63,640 nt of DNA, filler included, from Choristocarpus tenellus KU-1152 (GCA_964200185.2; 7 parts of 7 records of this genome joined end to end with filler, not necessarily neighbours in it), one strand, 5' to 3'. Positions 45,601 to 59,310 are shown, numbered from the whole stretch's first letter. Made by a program: numbers and translations. The notes: generated by a model not told the origin, from the sequence alone.

Positions 45601-48600
45601 AGGCAAAAGACAACACTCCTGTTTGATGGTGATTCTTGCACAGTATCTATTTTTAGTTTATTTTTAAGATTGCACCACCCCAGTAAATGCAGTCTAAACG
45701 TTGAGTGTTTTTCCCCTCAAAAACAAAGAAAACAAGAATTCAATAACCCAAACTGATCCAAAACATGGTTGTTTATATTTCAGTTCAGATACCCTCAACT
45801 TAGACAAAAAATAAAATCTAAATTTCCTAATCTGTTTGAATCAAAGGTGCGTTTGTAAGGAGTTCGTTGAGTAGGGTGGACAACGACTGCCTGGGGAATG
45901 GGTTCTAGAGTGGAGTAGGAGAGTGAGAGATGTTTCTGCTCTTGTCTTGATGGAATATCTCTGTACATATAAGCCCTTCTGTTCAACTACATTTAGCCCA
46001 ACCAAGGCACCCCAAATTTCTTTTGCTATTGTAGAGCTCTACAGCAACAGTTCCCGAGCACAGGTCTTGTAACATTTTTGAGGTGGTTTTTGTTTAAACA
46101 GTGTTTCCTTGTGTGGGAATGTACCAAAACCCACAGTAATCAATACTTTTTCTAATATCTTGCCTATTCTATAAAGATTAAAGTCACATATATATATTGT
46201 TAGTAGTATATAGGGATATAGATACACTTTCTGGAGATATCAAAACTCGATGTGAAAAAATAACATGTAGAGATGAGCTGACAGATTTAATTGCAGATAC
46301 AATAAACGACTCAGGGTTGGGTATTTAAAAGTGTACTACTCCAACTAAGTGACACACCACTATCATAGGCACTTCTCATTGTCACATGCAGACACTACTA
46401 TCACACCTGCAATGTTGGGGTGACCCCCTGCATCGTGAATCACCTTTAACACTGCAAACTCCTTCATAAATTCCACCTGGAAAAGATGTGTCCAAGGCAT
46501 TGTGAGATATCAAGTGCACCACAATATAGGTTAAAGAAACACTGTTTTTCACGTTTGAGTCAATAGGATGTGCCTTCCTTGACCCTGTAACTGTAAGCTG
46601 GCCCTACTGTATCCCCTTCCATCTTGTCAATACATATTAGTAGTGTCAATGACAATAATAAAGAGCATCAGAAGTAGTACTTGTATTACTCTGAGCATAA
46701 CTAGAACACTTTATATCTGGAGAGTTCATAGAGCAGGGGATGGCACAGATAACCAGCTGAATCAATGGATGGGAGGATGGTCAAATGGGTCAGCACCAGG
46801 TTCCTGATCTTTCTTATATCCTTCATTGAGTCCTTGCAAGGTCTCCAACGCATGGGTGACAACATATTCAGGATATTACATAGGTAAGATATACCCTGGA
46901 GTACAAGTTAAGTCTGCAGTGTATCATTGAGTTTGGTTCCGCTTGCAGGGAAAATACTGTCCTCTATGTCCATCTCCCCCGGAAGTAGTCTTTACCTACT
47001 CTTGTTCAAGCAGGTGTGCTCACTTCAAGCACAAATGTCACAAAAAGGGGCTATTGGCTAGTGTTGTACCAGCTCTAGCTGGTCACTGTTACAGACTCTC
47101 ATTGTTGTGCTTCTTTTGCTCTCTTAAGTCTTGGGTGATTTAGCATGTATATACCTAGTCATGAGTAGACAGTCAACCGAGTAAGAGAGGTGTGACCTGT
47201 CTACCAGTACAGTCATAGGAACAGTGACACACTTATCAATATTGTGATACCAGTAGATACATGCTATCGAGAGCTGCAAAGAATGAGCAGGATAGCCTCC
47301 ATCGTCAACTCTGAGATGCAACCTGCCCACATTAATGCCTTGATTGTCTTACAGCCAAATGTCTCTCTCTCTCATGCACAATGACTACTTATGCGTATGT
47401 AGTGCCACACCCCTTTATTTTCCCTCTTTGTTGGCAAAGCAATTCAACCTTTCCCAAGGGGGTCATCAATTTCACAGACCTTCCCTTTCAAGGTCCTACG
47501 CCACCATTGCTGTAATAACGTTCAATATTTTCCATAAAAAATCAAAAACAGACTATAGGTCCTCTCGTAAGTCTATTAAACAGACTACAGCTGCTCTCAT
47601 CCTCACACATATCCTCTTGCCACCTACATAGGTCGAAGTTGCACCACATCTACAGTTGTGGACCCACTTCAAGGCGTTGATGTCTCAGCCCAATACCACA
47701 TGTTCTACTGCAAAAATGACCTATCCTTGGGATATGTATCCATGTTCAGGTATAACATGCCTTACACTGTTAAACTTCAAACGCGAGCTCCAATTGTTTG
47801 ATTTGTTTGCCAAGGACGGTCCACATGTAGATGCCTTGAGCTTTTTTGTTTGTGTGTTCCTACTCTCTTGAGCTCAACATGTTCAAATGAAACCCCTCGT
47901 GGCTGTGAAACGAATGAAACTGCTCATCACAAGCATATAGAACATCAAGCAAATCTGTTCATTATTTCACCTATTTCACCAATGCCTGCTGTGCCTTGGT
48001 CAAACTGGCACTTTCCTTGCACTACTGTTGTGTTGATTTTATTTTCCTTTGGTCTGATATTCAAAACTCTCAAGCAAATCAGGATGTGTCTTTTAGACTT
48101 GCTCACATTTTCCTTCTTGCAAACTTTATAAAAGGGCTTAATATATACCATCGTGTGGCACAGAGAAGGAGCTGTAGAAGCTCAAGCTGTAGTTGAGACT
48201 AAGACTCTCAATCGTCATGTAGAAGTAAGTAATGTAGAAGTAAGTGAAAGGAATACACACAATGAACCCTACTATCACTGCCATTGTCACACCAAGGAGT
48301 ATAAAACTTACAAGGAGGCGTATTACCTATTCCAATCACTCTCTTTTCCCTCAATTGTGGATGCTTCAAAGGTTGGTGCATGCCACATTTACTCCAAGTC
48401 ACTTCCAGATGACCCCACTCGTTATCGTAAGGCAAAATTTGCACCACTCTGGCTCTTAACATGGGATCAGGTCCTTCGATTGATGGAGATCCTTGGGCTC
48501 CTCCTGGTGGTTCTTGGATTATTTACGATGTCCAATATGATCAACATGCAGGAGTTATCCCATGAATCTTAAGTCCATGTCATCCTCAGAATGTTCTTTG

Positions 48601-51600
48601 CTTTGAGTTGGAGATAGTAGTGCACCCTGAGTTCTTGTTGTACATCAAAACTGTCTGAGATCATCTAATGGTCTTGACTCATGTTCAGCTCATCTATCAT
48701 TGAGTAATGAGTTCCATACCCAACTGATCTAATTGTTTTGTTGTAGCCCATCAGTGTGCCTCATGTCCAGCTTTCTTCCTGGTTGCAGTATGCAAAGGCT
48801 CCAATAAAAAAACTATTGTTATCTTGAGCATGACCCATGTTAAAATTGAAGATACCCAGCTTATCGAAGAAGTAAATCAGGAACCTCCTCCCTCACTGAG
48901 GATATTCTTTCTTGTAATAGTGAAACTGCTAGTACATCGCTCATTTATAAATATATGTCCACTACTGGTGAGTGTTGTGTGTAAGATTGACATTAGAGAT
49001 TGATAATGTAGTTCCCTACCCTTAAAGAGGGGCAGGGTCACTACCCCTCTCTTTGTCTCTGTCTTTATTCAGTCCACTACACAACACATTCCTCATGTAG
49101 GGTTCCCTGTGAGCCTTCTTGACTTCAATGCCATGGTGTGTACCCAATAATACACCCACAACACATCTTCCATGCTTAGTACTATTGACCCTCCAGCACA
49201 TGTGCAATACATGCACAGGAGCGCTTGGTGTTTAAGGGGGTCAGCCAAATGACTTGACTGATGAACTACCTTGCTCTAGCAATGTTTAGGTTAGGGATAG
49301 GTCCTGGGGTAAGGATAAGGTTGCTAAAACTCCACATAAACATAAAAACTCACGGTGAAAATATATGTGTGTGCCAACCCAGGTCATTGTATATGGTTCT
49401 CACTCTAACACACATGACTATTCCCAGATGTTTCTCGAGTTCCTGGAATGTTTCACATCTAGTCTAGTGACATGTAATTACGGCGGCACATATTGGTATA
49501 AATCACAAATATATTTTCAACTCATATTTGCATTAGAGGTAGAGAGAGAGAGAGAGATATGTTAACTATACAGAAAAGTCCAAAGCAGTTTCTTGGAGTC
49601 AATTGAACATCGTGATAGTCAATTTTCTTTGAACCAACAAAAGAGAAGAAGTTGGTTACATCATAGCAAGCACACACACAGACACACACACATACACGTA
49701 TAATCCCACAAGACTGCAGGAAAAAGGGGAGGAAAAAAATACATGTTAACATTTACGGAGAGTATACACTACTTAAACTACTTTATATAGTGTATATTGA
49801 AGCTTAAACTTACACATAATGCTACTGAAGTTGAGTAATGCCATACTTGCAATTCTTGTGACTTTACTCTTCGATGGGGGATTGGGCATGGAATATGGGG
49901 GGAAAGGGAAGAGGTCTATACCTGGTCCATGTTGGCCTTCTGGATCTTTTTGAGGGCAACACACCCCCCCTCCTCATCCCCCTCTCCTTCAGTTGATCCA
50001 GTTCCTGACATCCTCTTGGCTGCTGCACCCCCTTTTATTTTTCTCGTAGCCATATGGACGGTCCCATAGCCTCCTTCCCCCAGCAGTTCCCCCATGTTGT
50101 ATTTGTCTGTGACCGAGGATGCAGCAATTGGACTCGGACGCAGATCTGTAACAGCTGAAACCGCTGAAACTGTTGCTGTGGTTTCCCCTAGAACCTCAAC
50201 TGAAGTAGCCTAATCATGCAAGAGTAAAAAGGGTTGGGATTGTGTGTAAGAAAGAGGTGGGTATAGTGTCTTGATGTTCATGGTGAGTATCTGGACGAGA
50301 TTAGAGGAAAATAGAGTGCAAGGTGGTGAGTCTTACTTGAGGGATTGGGGAGGAGGTGCTCAACACATTGACCTTCCTCTATTAGAATATTGCTCTAAAA
50401 CACCAGATACTGTAATGTAGGGTAATGCACAAAGACAAGAGTCAAGTATCCGTCACTAGCAACCAAACATAGCAACAGGGCTAGGCATTCAATTCCTGTG
50501 GACTAGGTGTGAAGAGAGGTTTAAGGGTGGTGGGGTTGTTTGGAAAGGCGGGGGGAAGAGATAGACTGCAAAAAGACCCAATTTTGCAATCCTCTAGAGC
50601 TGAAACCTAAACCCACTTCCCTCTCTTTCCACAAACGACTATAAACCTCTTTTATTGGCCGACTCTGTCCACCCCTCCCTCGTCTACCATTCCAACCGAC
50701 CCAAGTGTAATCTCCACCTGAACTATTTCCGCCATGTCCCCGGCGCAGATACCCAACCCTATTTTACCAACAGGAGTACACGGACTGTCTCACCTACAGC
50801 ATACCAGCCTTCATATAGATCGATAGTGACTTTGCCAACCGACTACCTTCGGAGCAATAGCAGGGAGGAGGTCGAAGAGGTACTCAGTCCTCACAACTAC
50901 TGTCCTCTACCCCAAATTAAGCTCGCGGTATGATGTAGCTCGGGTCTAGATATGCATTGAAGATGGCTCAACATCTTTACGCAATGTGGGCTAGAGATTC
51001 ATGAGCGTGCAAGTTACGGTTTTCATTTCGAAATGCAAATATATTTTACGTGGAGCAGGTAGCGGAAGAAGGGTGCGAGACGATTTGGACCGTCTTCAGT
51101 TCTCATAAATGACTTTAAAGGGTTTTGATGCTTTCTCTAGACGAGGGTGTGGCAGTAGAAAGGGGTCCGACACGAGAATAACACACAAACAACAAGATTT
51201 CGTGTGAGGAAAGTAGATTTCCAAGACTACAAAAAAAGGTGAGCGTTCTTTTCCAACCTTAGACTCCTCGGTATTTACGACACTTCTTTCTCCCGATGGT
51301 TTTGACTCCTTCTCCAATTCCTGTTTTAACAGACCATCGGAGGAGGAGACTATTACGACTGCAACCGCCGCCGCGGCCGCCAATGCTGCCCCCATCCTTG
51401 TCTCCACAGTTCTAGATGCTTTCCCAGGATCCTTCCCACCACCACCACCTGAAGCCGCCGGATTAGCAGCATGTGAGAGATTCCTCTGTCTCGAAGCAAC
51501 CGAGGAGCAGTGCAAACGGCTTGAGAAGCTTGATCGTAGATCTGTGCGAATCTTTCCCTGAAGGAGTTGATTTGGACTCGTACCAGCATTACTTGTCCTT

Positions 51601-51671
51601 AAAGTCCGACAATGTCGAAGAAACCGGCCAAGACTCCGAGTCGATGCTTCCTGCACGCCCGCCCTGAGCAT
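33602..51671 (-). CDS. CaMK/CDPK-like Ser/Thr protein kinase with N-terminal presequence and hydrophobic anchor, 3'-incomplete; exons 51258-51671, 50337-50378 (tentative), 49922-50209, 46407-46476, 43439-43548, 41783-41908, 34829-35124, 34267-34372, 33602-33793
   Basis: Phase-consistent model with all subdomains: LGEGGYGTV, VALKKI, EFMKEF..LK..GGHPNI, FYLVLELVSGGELFEHL..GPYSE, IVHADLKPENLML, VKLVDFG, GTPAYWPPE, DMWAAGVIIFIMLVGSHPFD, SARDLVRQLMETDPSKRLTA..LDHPWV. Linking exon 1 (MLRAG...) to the kinase rests on strand, proximity and phase. Downstream exons were not identified. Confidence 0.9.
39300..40950 (-). pseudogene. Decayed transposase-like coding relic (possibly MULE with SWIM finger) inside kinase intron
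   Basis: A run of broken minus-strand ORFs. GNHVD/GVNALLKELL resembles the MULE TNN.VE..N..LK motif, and CICTCM*QGWPH resembles SWIM CxC...G.PCxH. By eye only. Confidence 0.3.
42565..42674. repeat. 38-bp tandem repeat x about 3
   Basis: atcacattactatcaattgtcaaaatatctacaagtta is repeated. Confidence 0.9.
43171..43242. repeat. 24-bp tandem repeat x3
   Basis: tttgaagtagcttcagttttaacc x3. Confidence 0.92.
46700..48500 (-). pseudogene. Decayed hAT (DUF659 + dimerisation domain type) transposase inside kinase intron
   Basis: Ordered degenerate motifs: VVQILPYDNE (VVQVVTDNA), VTWSKCGMH (FWTPCAAH), EIDDPLG (D.D.P.MG), PMRWRPC..DIRKIRNLVLT (P..WW...PEL.K.A..+LS). Many stops. Confidence 0.45.
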
Positions 51672-54600
51672 GGTTCCACCGCAGTACGGTACGGGTAGAG
51701 GCAAACCTGTACAACGATCCCCTTTCGTCCTACTAGAGGAATGGTTAGCGGTACGACCCGTTTTTCATGAGGATGTGCGGGGGAACTGTGGAGAAGTTGT
51801 CCTCTACGGGGTTTTTTTATTTCCACATATGTTGAAGGAGAGGAAGACGAACTCTATTGACAGAGAGGAGGTAATCTTGTTCAACGGTATTGGAATTATT
51901 AGTGTGTGACACAGTAGTGGGATATTCCAGCGTGGAGTTGTAGCTGAACCTTGGACAATTCCTTCAGGCTAGGTGGTCTTCTTGAAAGCCGTACCCACTC
52001 TCTCATGGTTATCATCCAAAACTCATGACTACCTCATCTGCCAAAGGTTGTTGACTATCTGAATCCTTTCTATCTGAGGGAAAATGGGGGAGTGAGGGGG
52101 AGCATGGTGCAAGGAGGCAGTTGATTGCGGAAGAGGAGCTCGTAATGAGAAGCTTCTACTGCATGGGAGAACGGTGAACAAGATATATTTCACCTGCACA
52201 ACCCTATCTATGCCTATTAAGTCAACATCATGTTCACCTTACACGTATGGCAAGTAAATCGTACTGGCCTCGGGATTTCCTATGTGCACCTATACCAATC
52301 TCGCACATAGTTGGAAAGCATGGTGATGGGTTCTGCAACGATATCTCTGTCTAGAACTTGTGGCATCTAATGCATGGACGACATGAGCAGGATTAGTCGC
52401 ATATTAATGAGAGCAGCAATGGCTAGGATATTGCATACACTAAACTCCCCCCCCTCTCCCAGAACTCCCCATAACAAACGGAAGAGTTCAGGCCCGAATC
52501 CATCGCTCTCTCATGAGCAGTTTTAAACTGTCAGGAACAACAGTGGATCGCATCGTATGACGATGGATTGTGCTGTTGTCACCCTGCAATTGATTGAGGG
52601 TAGGTTCGAGTACATATACCCCTAAATTAGCGATGGGTGGTGTGTATTGTATTTGCTTTGGTTGAAGGAAGTGTTGAAATACTTGCCAAGGCAAGAATTG
52701 AAGTCCTAGTTTCTCATCTTGTTTGTCTCTGACATGGTATTATTGCCCTTGTATTTTTGTCCAATATCAAGAGATCCACCTGCCTTGTCCCTCGACCTTT
52801 CTTATTCTAGTGGGTAATCTAACAACCTGCTCACAGTTATACTGCTCTGGGCACTGTGGAGAAGCACCAGCACCGGATTCATTGCCTCATTTTGATTGAG
52901 GACCTTGAAGGTTTTCTTTGGGAGTTGCTTGTGGCAAAGCAGAACGACTAACTCTTTGTACATGCCCAATTCCTCTTCTTCCTGCAACCAAATACTACCC
53001 ACACCATATTCTGTTGTTGAAGTCTACTGTAAATATCAAAGTACAAGCATATTAGTAATATTGTGCTTCGAAGAGAGCAACTCGATTTTGAACGGCTCTC
53101 CTCTTCTCCATCTGTTTAAACTTGTGATTGACATGGTGCTATGAAATGATAGTGTTTTGTGAATAGCACAATGAATCTGTGCTCTTGGTGTTTCCTTGAT
53201 CATTCGATAAGTTTTTTAACTGGCTGAAATCCTGGCCCTAGCCCTTACTTTGGCCTTGCCTTTAGGCAGTTCGTTTCTGGGATGATGCAATACCTGTTAC
53301 ATACTCAAATATCAAGAGATTAATCAATTATAACCCTAAACACCCCAGTTATTACTGTAGCCATAAATCATTATCACAATGCTAATCCTTTCCATGCCCT
53401 TACCCATTAGTGAGTTAATGATCATGATTGAGTTTTTTCTTGTGTGTGCGCTTGAATATTGGATAATTGATTTCTCACACATGATCGTTTTTCTCTAACT
53501 GCCAACAACGAAAACATTTCAATATATACTCCTAAACCGAGTAACCCTGCAGAGTGTAAACAAATACTGGCTGTAGCTTGATGCCCAGTTAATCAACTTC
53601 CTCCCCCTGATCAGGTAAGAGTATTTATTTGGCTATGTTGATAGTGTCAAAGTTATCTCAACACAGTCGAAATTTCTTTGAACAAGTTTAAGTTTATTTT
53701 CTCAGTAGTGGGACAGTGCTACTGGATATCTACTCCAATATACAATTATGTTGAAGTATATGCCTATATGCCCCTAACCCTAATCCTAACCCTATCAATC
53801 CAACTCAGTACCAGGCACTCGCTTTAGGTCAATCCCTGATCTGATTACCTCACATGTTCAGAATCATATCGCAGAGCCAAAATCAGCACTAATCCCATAT
53901 CTATCTGTAACAAACTCAACTCAACACTGTCCTTAACCCCAGTAATCCTCATGTTATACTCAACTTACAGGTAGAGCAATACATCAAGGGTTCTAACCAG
54001 CCGTATCAGTCCTAATCCCAACCCTGTCCCTAATATCCGAGCTCAAATCATCTCTAACCCCACCCGTAACCCTAAATCCAACCCTGAAATCTCCGTATGA
54101 TAAGGTGTAGTATCAGGAAGAAACCATCAAGGACCCTGACCAGCTCCAATCACTGAAACTATCCCCTCCCCACTATGACTGACTCCAAGTCTAGCCCTAG
54201 ATCTAACCTTTGCCTAGACCGATCTGCAACTGCACCAGGGGAAGACATACTTGTGCTATTGCCCTGGTGGCAGAGACAGCAATCAGGGTTCTCACGGCCA
54301 TGAGTGTGCCCGAACAGCAGACTGCCTCTTTGAAAGAGCTAGCATGTGAACCCGAAGAAGGGGGCTACAGGTGTGACCAAATTGTTTGTATATGTGTGTG
54401 TGCATGTTTGAAGGCTACAGGTGTTTGATATGTGGTGTGTGTGTGCATGTTTGAATACTGGGACCCTAACCGTAACCCTAAATAACTTGATTTACTAAGT
54501 CACAGCTACTAAGAAGGTGGAAACAGATGTAAGAGAAGTCTGTGTGTGTTTGTGAACAGAAATACCAGCCTGAATTGTAGAATTCTTACCCATCAAGAAC

Positions 54601-56049
54601 ATTCTTTGAAATCTTGAATGAAAAAAGATTATGTAACAAACACCCATTTGATGTAAGAGAAAAAAAATGTGTTCTGAAGGATAGGAGATATACATGGGGT
54701 AATGAACTACCAAAAGAGTGAGTTCAGGGGTAGGAAACATTGTAGCAAGTAATGGGTGATTGGTGATTAGTAAAATGATTTGTGGCCATGAGCTATATAA
54801 ATACAAAATTCTTTTGTCTTAATGTCTTGAAGGTCGCCCTAATAGACCTGGAGTTAAAATGGAGGGAAGTATTGTAACCATGTACTTGTAATTGGGGGAA
54901 GGGAAGTAAGGGCCTTTGGATATGCTGCAGTCCTATCCCTATCCTTGAACAACATCCCTAGTCCTGACAAAGGTGATGAGAGGTTCGAATCAGTTGTGTG
55001 TTGAATTAAGGGGTTAAGGGAGGTTTCAAACACACTCTTGTGAAACCATAACATCAAACCCAGTCCTTGATAAAACTCTCCAGTCTCACCAAATCAAGTT
55101 GGTTGCAATTTTTTACAGGATTTAACTAGAACCACAAACCTACCATAGACCATGCAAGCCCAACAATAGCTGTACCATCTAATGCTGGTAGTGGTGAAAG
55201 TGTTGTGGGGATGTGTTGTGGGGATGTGTTTGAATGCACAGTAATGCCAACTTGACCCTTAAACTCCACTGTATTGAGCATCTCACAACTGATGATGTTA
55301 TGGCTAAACCTGGTGCCCTTCATCTATGCTCTCTGTCAATACCTCACTGCTGTGAACGCCACATTAAAGGTTGGGCATGCTTACTGTCATGTTTACTTTG
55401 GTACATGGTTCAACTCAGCTTGACCATTTTACAGACGTAAACATGGAAAAAGAAGCAGAATACAAGATGCTTGACCCAATCTTTGTGTTGTCAATTTTGT
55501 GCAGAGGAATTTCTGCAGTGTTTTGGGGGGAAGATTCATTTGCACTGGTAGATGTGTGTGAACGAGAGCTGGAATGGCAAAATAGAGACAAGCACACACA
55601 GGAGGTGATGAACTTGGAGCAAGGCTTTCATGTAGGAATATTTGAAGTAAATCATTCATGTGGAACTATTAGAGGGGCTGTCGAGATTCAATGGGGTGGT
55701 GGGACTGTTGAAGAAGTCCTTGTACAGGATTGTTCAAGCATCCTGCAACTAGGATTTCTTGCTGATGGATATGCTATTGGAACTGGGAATGGAACAGTCT
55801 GTTGCCGATTCATCCTTGTTCAGATTCACTGACGAGATAAAGTCGGAATGATCATGCTCGCTCATAAGGCATGTAGATAGCTGTAAAACTGGGTAGGGTC
55901 GCCCGATGGATCAGTTAAGAAGTACTTTGAAGTATGAGAAATTTCCGTTGGTGAATTTACTGAAGGATGAAGAAAGATGTGAAGGTTGGGACACTTGATG
56001 TGGTCCAGACCTTGCACATTGAGGACCTAGCCGCGCAACACGAAATTGG

Positions 56050-57620
56050 GACTGTGACCAACACACACTGACTCTAAGTTGAAAGAACTTCTGGATGAGT
56101 GAGGAAGGAATGTGCAAAGGTTCTAGTTATGAATACCCCAACTACTACTTTCTAGAAATAGAAAACTGTTACACATGTGCACACGTAGGAAAGTATATAT
56201 GTACTCGAGACATTTTAAAACCGGGGGCCAAATCATCCTACATCTTCCAATATACAAGCACACCAGCTGAATTTATTCCTATATGTTGGATGAGGATGCT
56301 CTTACCCCCTGTATAGCAATCCTTCCAGTGGAACTCATCACCACCTTAAATTTTTGTGTCCTGTGTATGTCAGGAATTGCAATGTGTGAGACATGCAAAA
56401 ACCTGAGAGGGTACAGGGTTGTGCCTCAGGGTGTCTCGCTTTTGTGTTTGAACAATTCTCTAAATAGTGGTGGTCCCTATCTTCTTTTTGTTGACTGAGG
56501 GACAGATTAATGTAGCAGACCCACAGATAACTGCACAAGTACATTCATTTTGACTTGTAAATATAAATTGGCTGATGAGGAGTGTTGAGGATGTTCTATA
56601 TGAAGTACGTCCAGTGTATGTTTTTAATGCTTGTTGATTGATGTGGGGCATGCTGCTGATATTGTTATAGGCAGGCTAAAAGGCAGCTGAAGTGTTGCAG
56701 CCAATGGTTCTTTATGGGCTGTTCATGTTGACCAGTTAACAGGCCTATTCCTATCAGCTAACTATCATGCTCTGAGGGTTACACCAAGCGGGATGTTTTG
56801 GCTTACAGACTAAAAGAAGGCATCCGATTTGAAGAAGTTACGTACCTCCACCTAATGGATGGTGTTTGGTCAATACCTATCCCTGAATCAGACAATACAG
56901 CAATTGTATAAGTTAGTGACCCTGTGATTAATATTTTGCTATCCACCAGGGCATCAACGTCTGCCTATGTTCTTGAGCACTGAGGCTGCTATATTTTTTA
57001 ATCGAGGTGAGTTATGTCGGTGCTTAAACACGGAGGTCTACCGTAGACGCATGGAATCTGTGCCCATCAGTTTTAGTAAATGCTACTAGCTTCATGGCAC
57101 ATTGCTCTCCAAATTGAGATATTAGGGGGAATGGACTAGCGCAAACCATGACTTCAAAGCCCACCTCTAAAAGAGATAACCTTATGACTGCATGTTGGAC
57201 CATTTCCCGTTTCGCCCTCTGTCTGATTTGCTTTTTACCCTTGAGAAAGTAGAGTAGATCCTAATTGTTGGAGTTATTTTGTTGTCCATTCGCTCTCTCT
57301 TATGCCAGCCCTTTTACCCACCTGGAAGCTAGGTCTCATGATAGTTGCTACTCCATATTATTATTGCAACCTCTGGGCGTCCACTGATCAGGGCAGAAAC
57401 TGGGGTCAGGTTGTGGATACAACAGGGGTCGTGTGCTTTGCCACAAGACATAACTTCTGGTATCACCACGCCTTATCATCCCAGTAATCATGTCACATCC
57501 ATGTGCATTAAGCCCTGCAGCAACTACATTCAGTAACCACTTTCTGACAACAGACTGATTTCCTTGGCAGTCAATCATCATGGTTCCGGGCATTTCATAG
57601 AGGGTCTTAAACGTCCTTCC
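56050..57620 (-). pseudogene. Decayed Helitron-type PIF1 helicase
   Basis: Ordered degenerate motifs: MIDCQGNQS..KWLLNVVAAGLNAHG..ITGM..RGDTRSY (motif I/Ia), HRQTLMP (GDFRQ.LP), HINQQALKTYTGRTSY (IN..L...G....Y), ENCSNT..RHPEAQ (EFLN...G+P.H), VVGVFITRTFAHS (VG+.L....FSHG). Confidence 0.6.
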
Positions 57621-57860
57621 AAGTTAACTATTACTATGGATATGTATTGTGGTAGGAGAGTGTACTCTATCTTACTGTCAGAAATGCACTAGTCAATCGC
57701 CTGATCTTGTAAGACGGACTTTCATTGCAGACTCTAGGGTGTTAGATCGTAGCTAACTACACTTCCACCAACTTATTCCAAGCAAATCGGCTTGTCTGTT
57801 GCTCATCCTACTGGTGCTGATGATTTTATATTTGGTACTCGTTTGTGAATTGTAAGATAC

Positions 57861-57901
57861 GAGCCAAAGTATCTTAGAGGGTAGAGCCGTGTCCATTTGG
57901 G
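57861..57901 (+). mobile_element. MITE family B left end, truncated at contig edge
   Basis: GAGCCAAAGTATCTTAGAGGGTAGAGCCGTGTCCATTTGGG matches the ends at 22188 and 58820. Confidence 0.88.
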
Positions 57902-58819
57902 NNNNNNNNNNNNNNNNNNNNNNNNNNNNNNNNNNNNNNNNNNNNTTAATTAATTAANNNNNNNNNNNNNNNNNNNNNNNNNNNNNNNNNNNNNNNNNNN
58001 NCTCTTTGACCTTGTCTCTCTTTGATCTGTCTTCCTGTGGGTCTTCCCGCTCCCCTTTATTACAAAGAACCTGTCGACTGTTTCCACCTGTTTCACAGTG
58101 GCGACGACGGCAATCGTTTTGAAGTGGGAGAGTACTTTTCCAGTACTTTTCCAGTACTTTTTGGGGGAAACTCTGAGTACATTGCCTGTACTTTGAGCAA
58201 CACCTATGTCAAATCATTCTGATTGGCGTACAGTTCGATCAAGGAGAAGACAAAGTACGTTCCACACAACTTCAAACCGATTTCAGGTTTTTTTGGCGGA
58301 AGAGTTCAAGGAAAACGAGCCTGATGAACATCTACTCCCAATATTTCATGACCAGGACCCCTTATCATTCGATGAGGTTATACTGGAAGACAGAAGGAAA
58401 CTGTTGGTCCATTAGGCATCTGGAATTTTTGTTAATCCTGATTTTCGAATGGTGGATCAACGGGTGGTACAACAACTTATGTCTGCAGACAATAACCCCC
58501 TTATTCCATCATCTACTTTGCCACCGATCCCGCCTGTCTCGCAGTCTGCCCATGTCCCTACCACAAGATCTATCCCAACACCATCAGCACTATTATCTAC
58601 TCGGTCAGGGACGTCGTCTACTGGAGATTTGGGCATAACTTTGATCAACGACGAATTGAAGGCTGCAGTGGAGGAGAGACGTCCTCCTAACATGGACCTA
58701 ATCCGGAGTTGGACGGAGACAAGAGACATGACTGATGCGCAATCAACCTTTGTTCTGCAGATGGCAGTGCTTTGACCATCATGGGTTTTATCAGGTTCTC
58801 TCTTCAATTAGGTGATATT

Positions 58820-59078
58820 GAGCCAAAGTATCTTAGAGGGTAGCCCCGCGTCAATTTGGGGGCTAAAATCCAATGTTGCGATTTTGAAGTAATTTTGGCT
58901 ATCGTGTTTGTCAGAAGTGTCAATATCCTTGTTCCCGACACACCTTTTCATAACGTACATATTTTACCTACTCCGACACATTTTGGAGTAGGAAAATGTC
59001 ATCATGAAAAAAAACATGGGGAGCCAAGCCCCAAATGGACAAACAGGGCAAAACTCGTACCCTCTAAGATACTTCCAT
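58820..59078 (+). mobile_element. MITE family B copy (259 bp), 4-bp TSD TATT, in Gypsy protease
   Basis: tatt-GAGCCAAAGTATCTTAGAGGGTA...TACCCTCTAAGATACTTCCAT-tatt, with the right tip eroded. Removal restores LGDI/TIPVEAL. Confidence 0.92.
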
Positions 59079-59132
59079 TATTACAATCCCAGTTGAAGCT
59101 TTAGTGTACACTTTAGGACCTGATGATGTTCT

Positions 59133-59310
59133 GACCCAAAGTATCTGGGGAGGGGGGGGGGTCTACACCAGGGTGTCCATTTGAACCAAAATCAGGAAAC
59201 GTGTATTTTCATTATCCATCGGACGTATGCAGCCAAATTACAAAAAATCGCGACGTGAAAAAATTGACCCTAAACGGACAGCTGCCACCCCCCCTCAGAT
59301 ACTTTAAGCC
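59133..59310 (+). mobile_element. MITE family A copy (178 bp), 3-bp TSD TCT, in Gypsy protease
   Basis: tct-GACCCAAAGTATCTGGGG...CCCTCAGATACTTTAAGCC-tct. Removal restores GPDDVL/LDNSIL. Confidence 0.92.
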
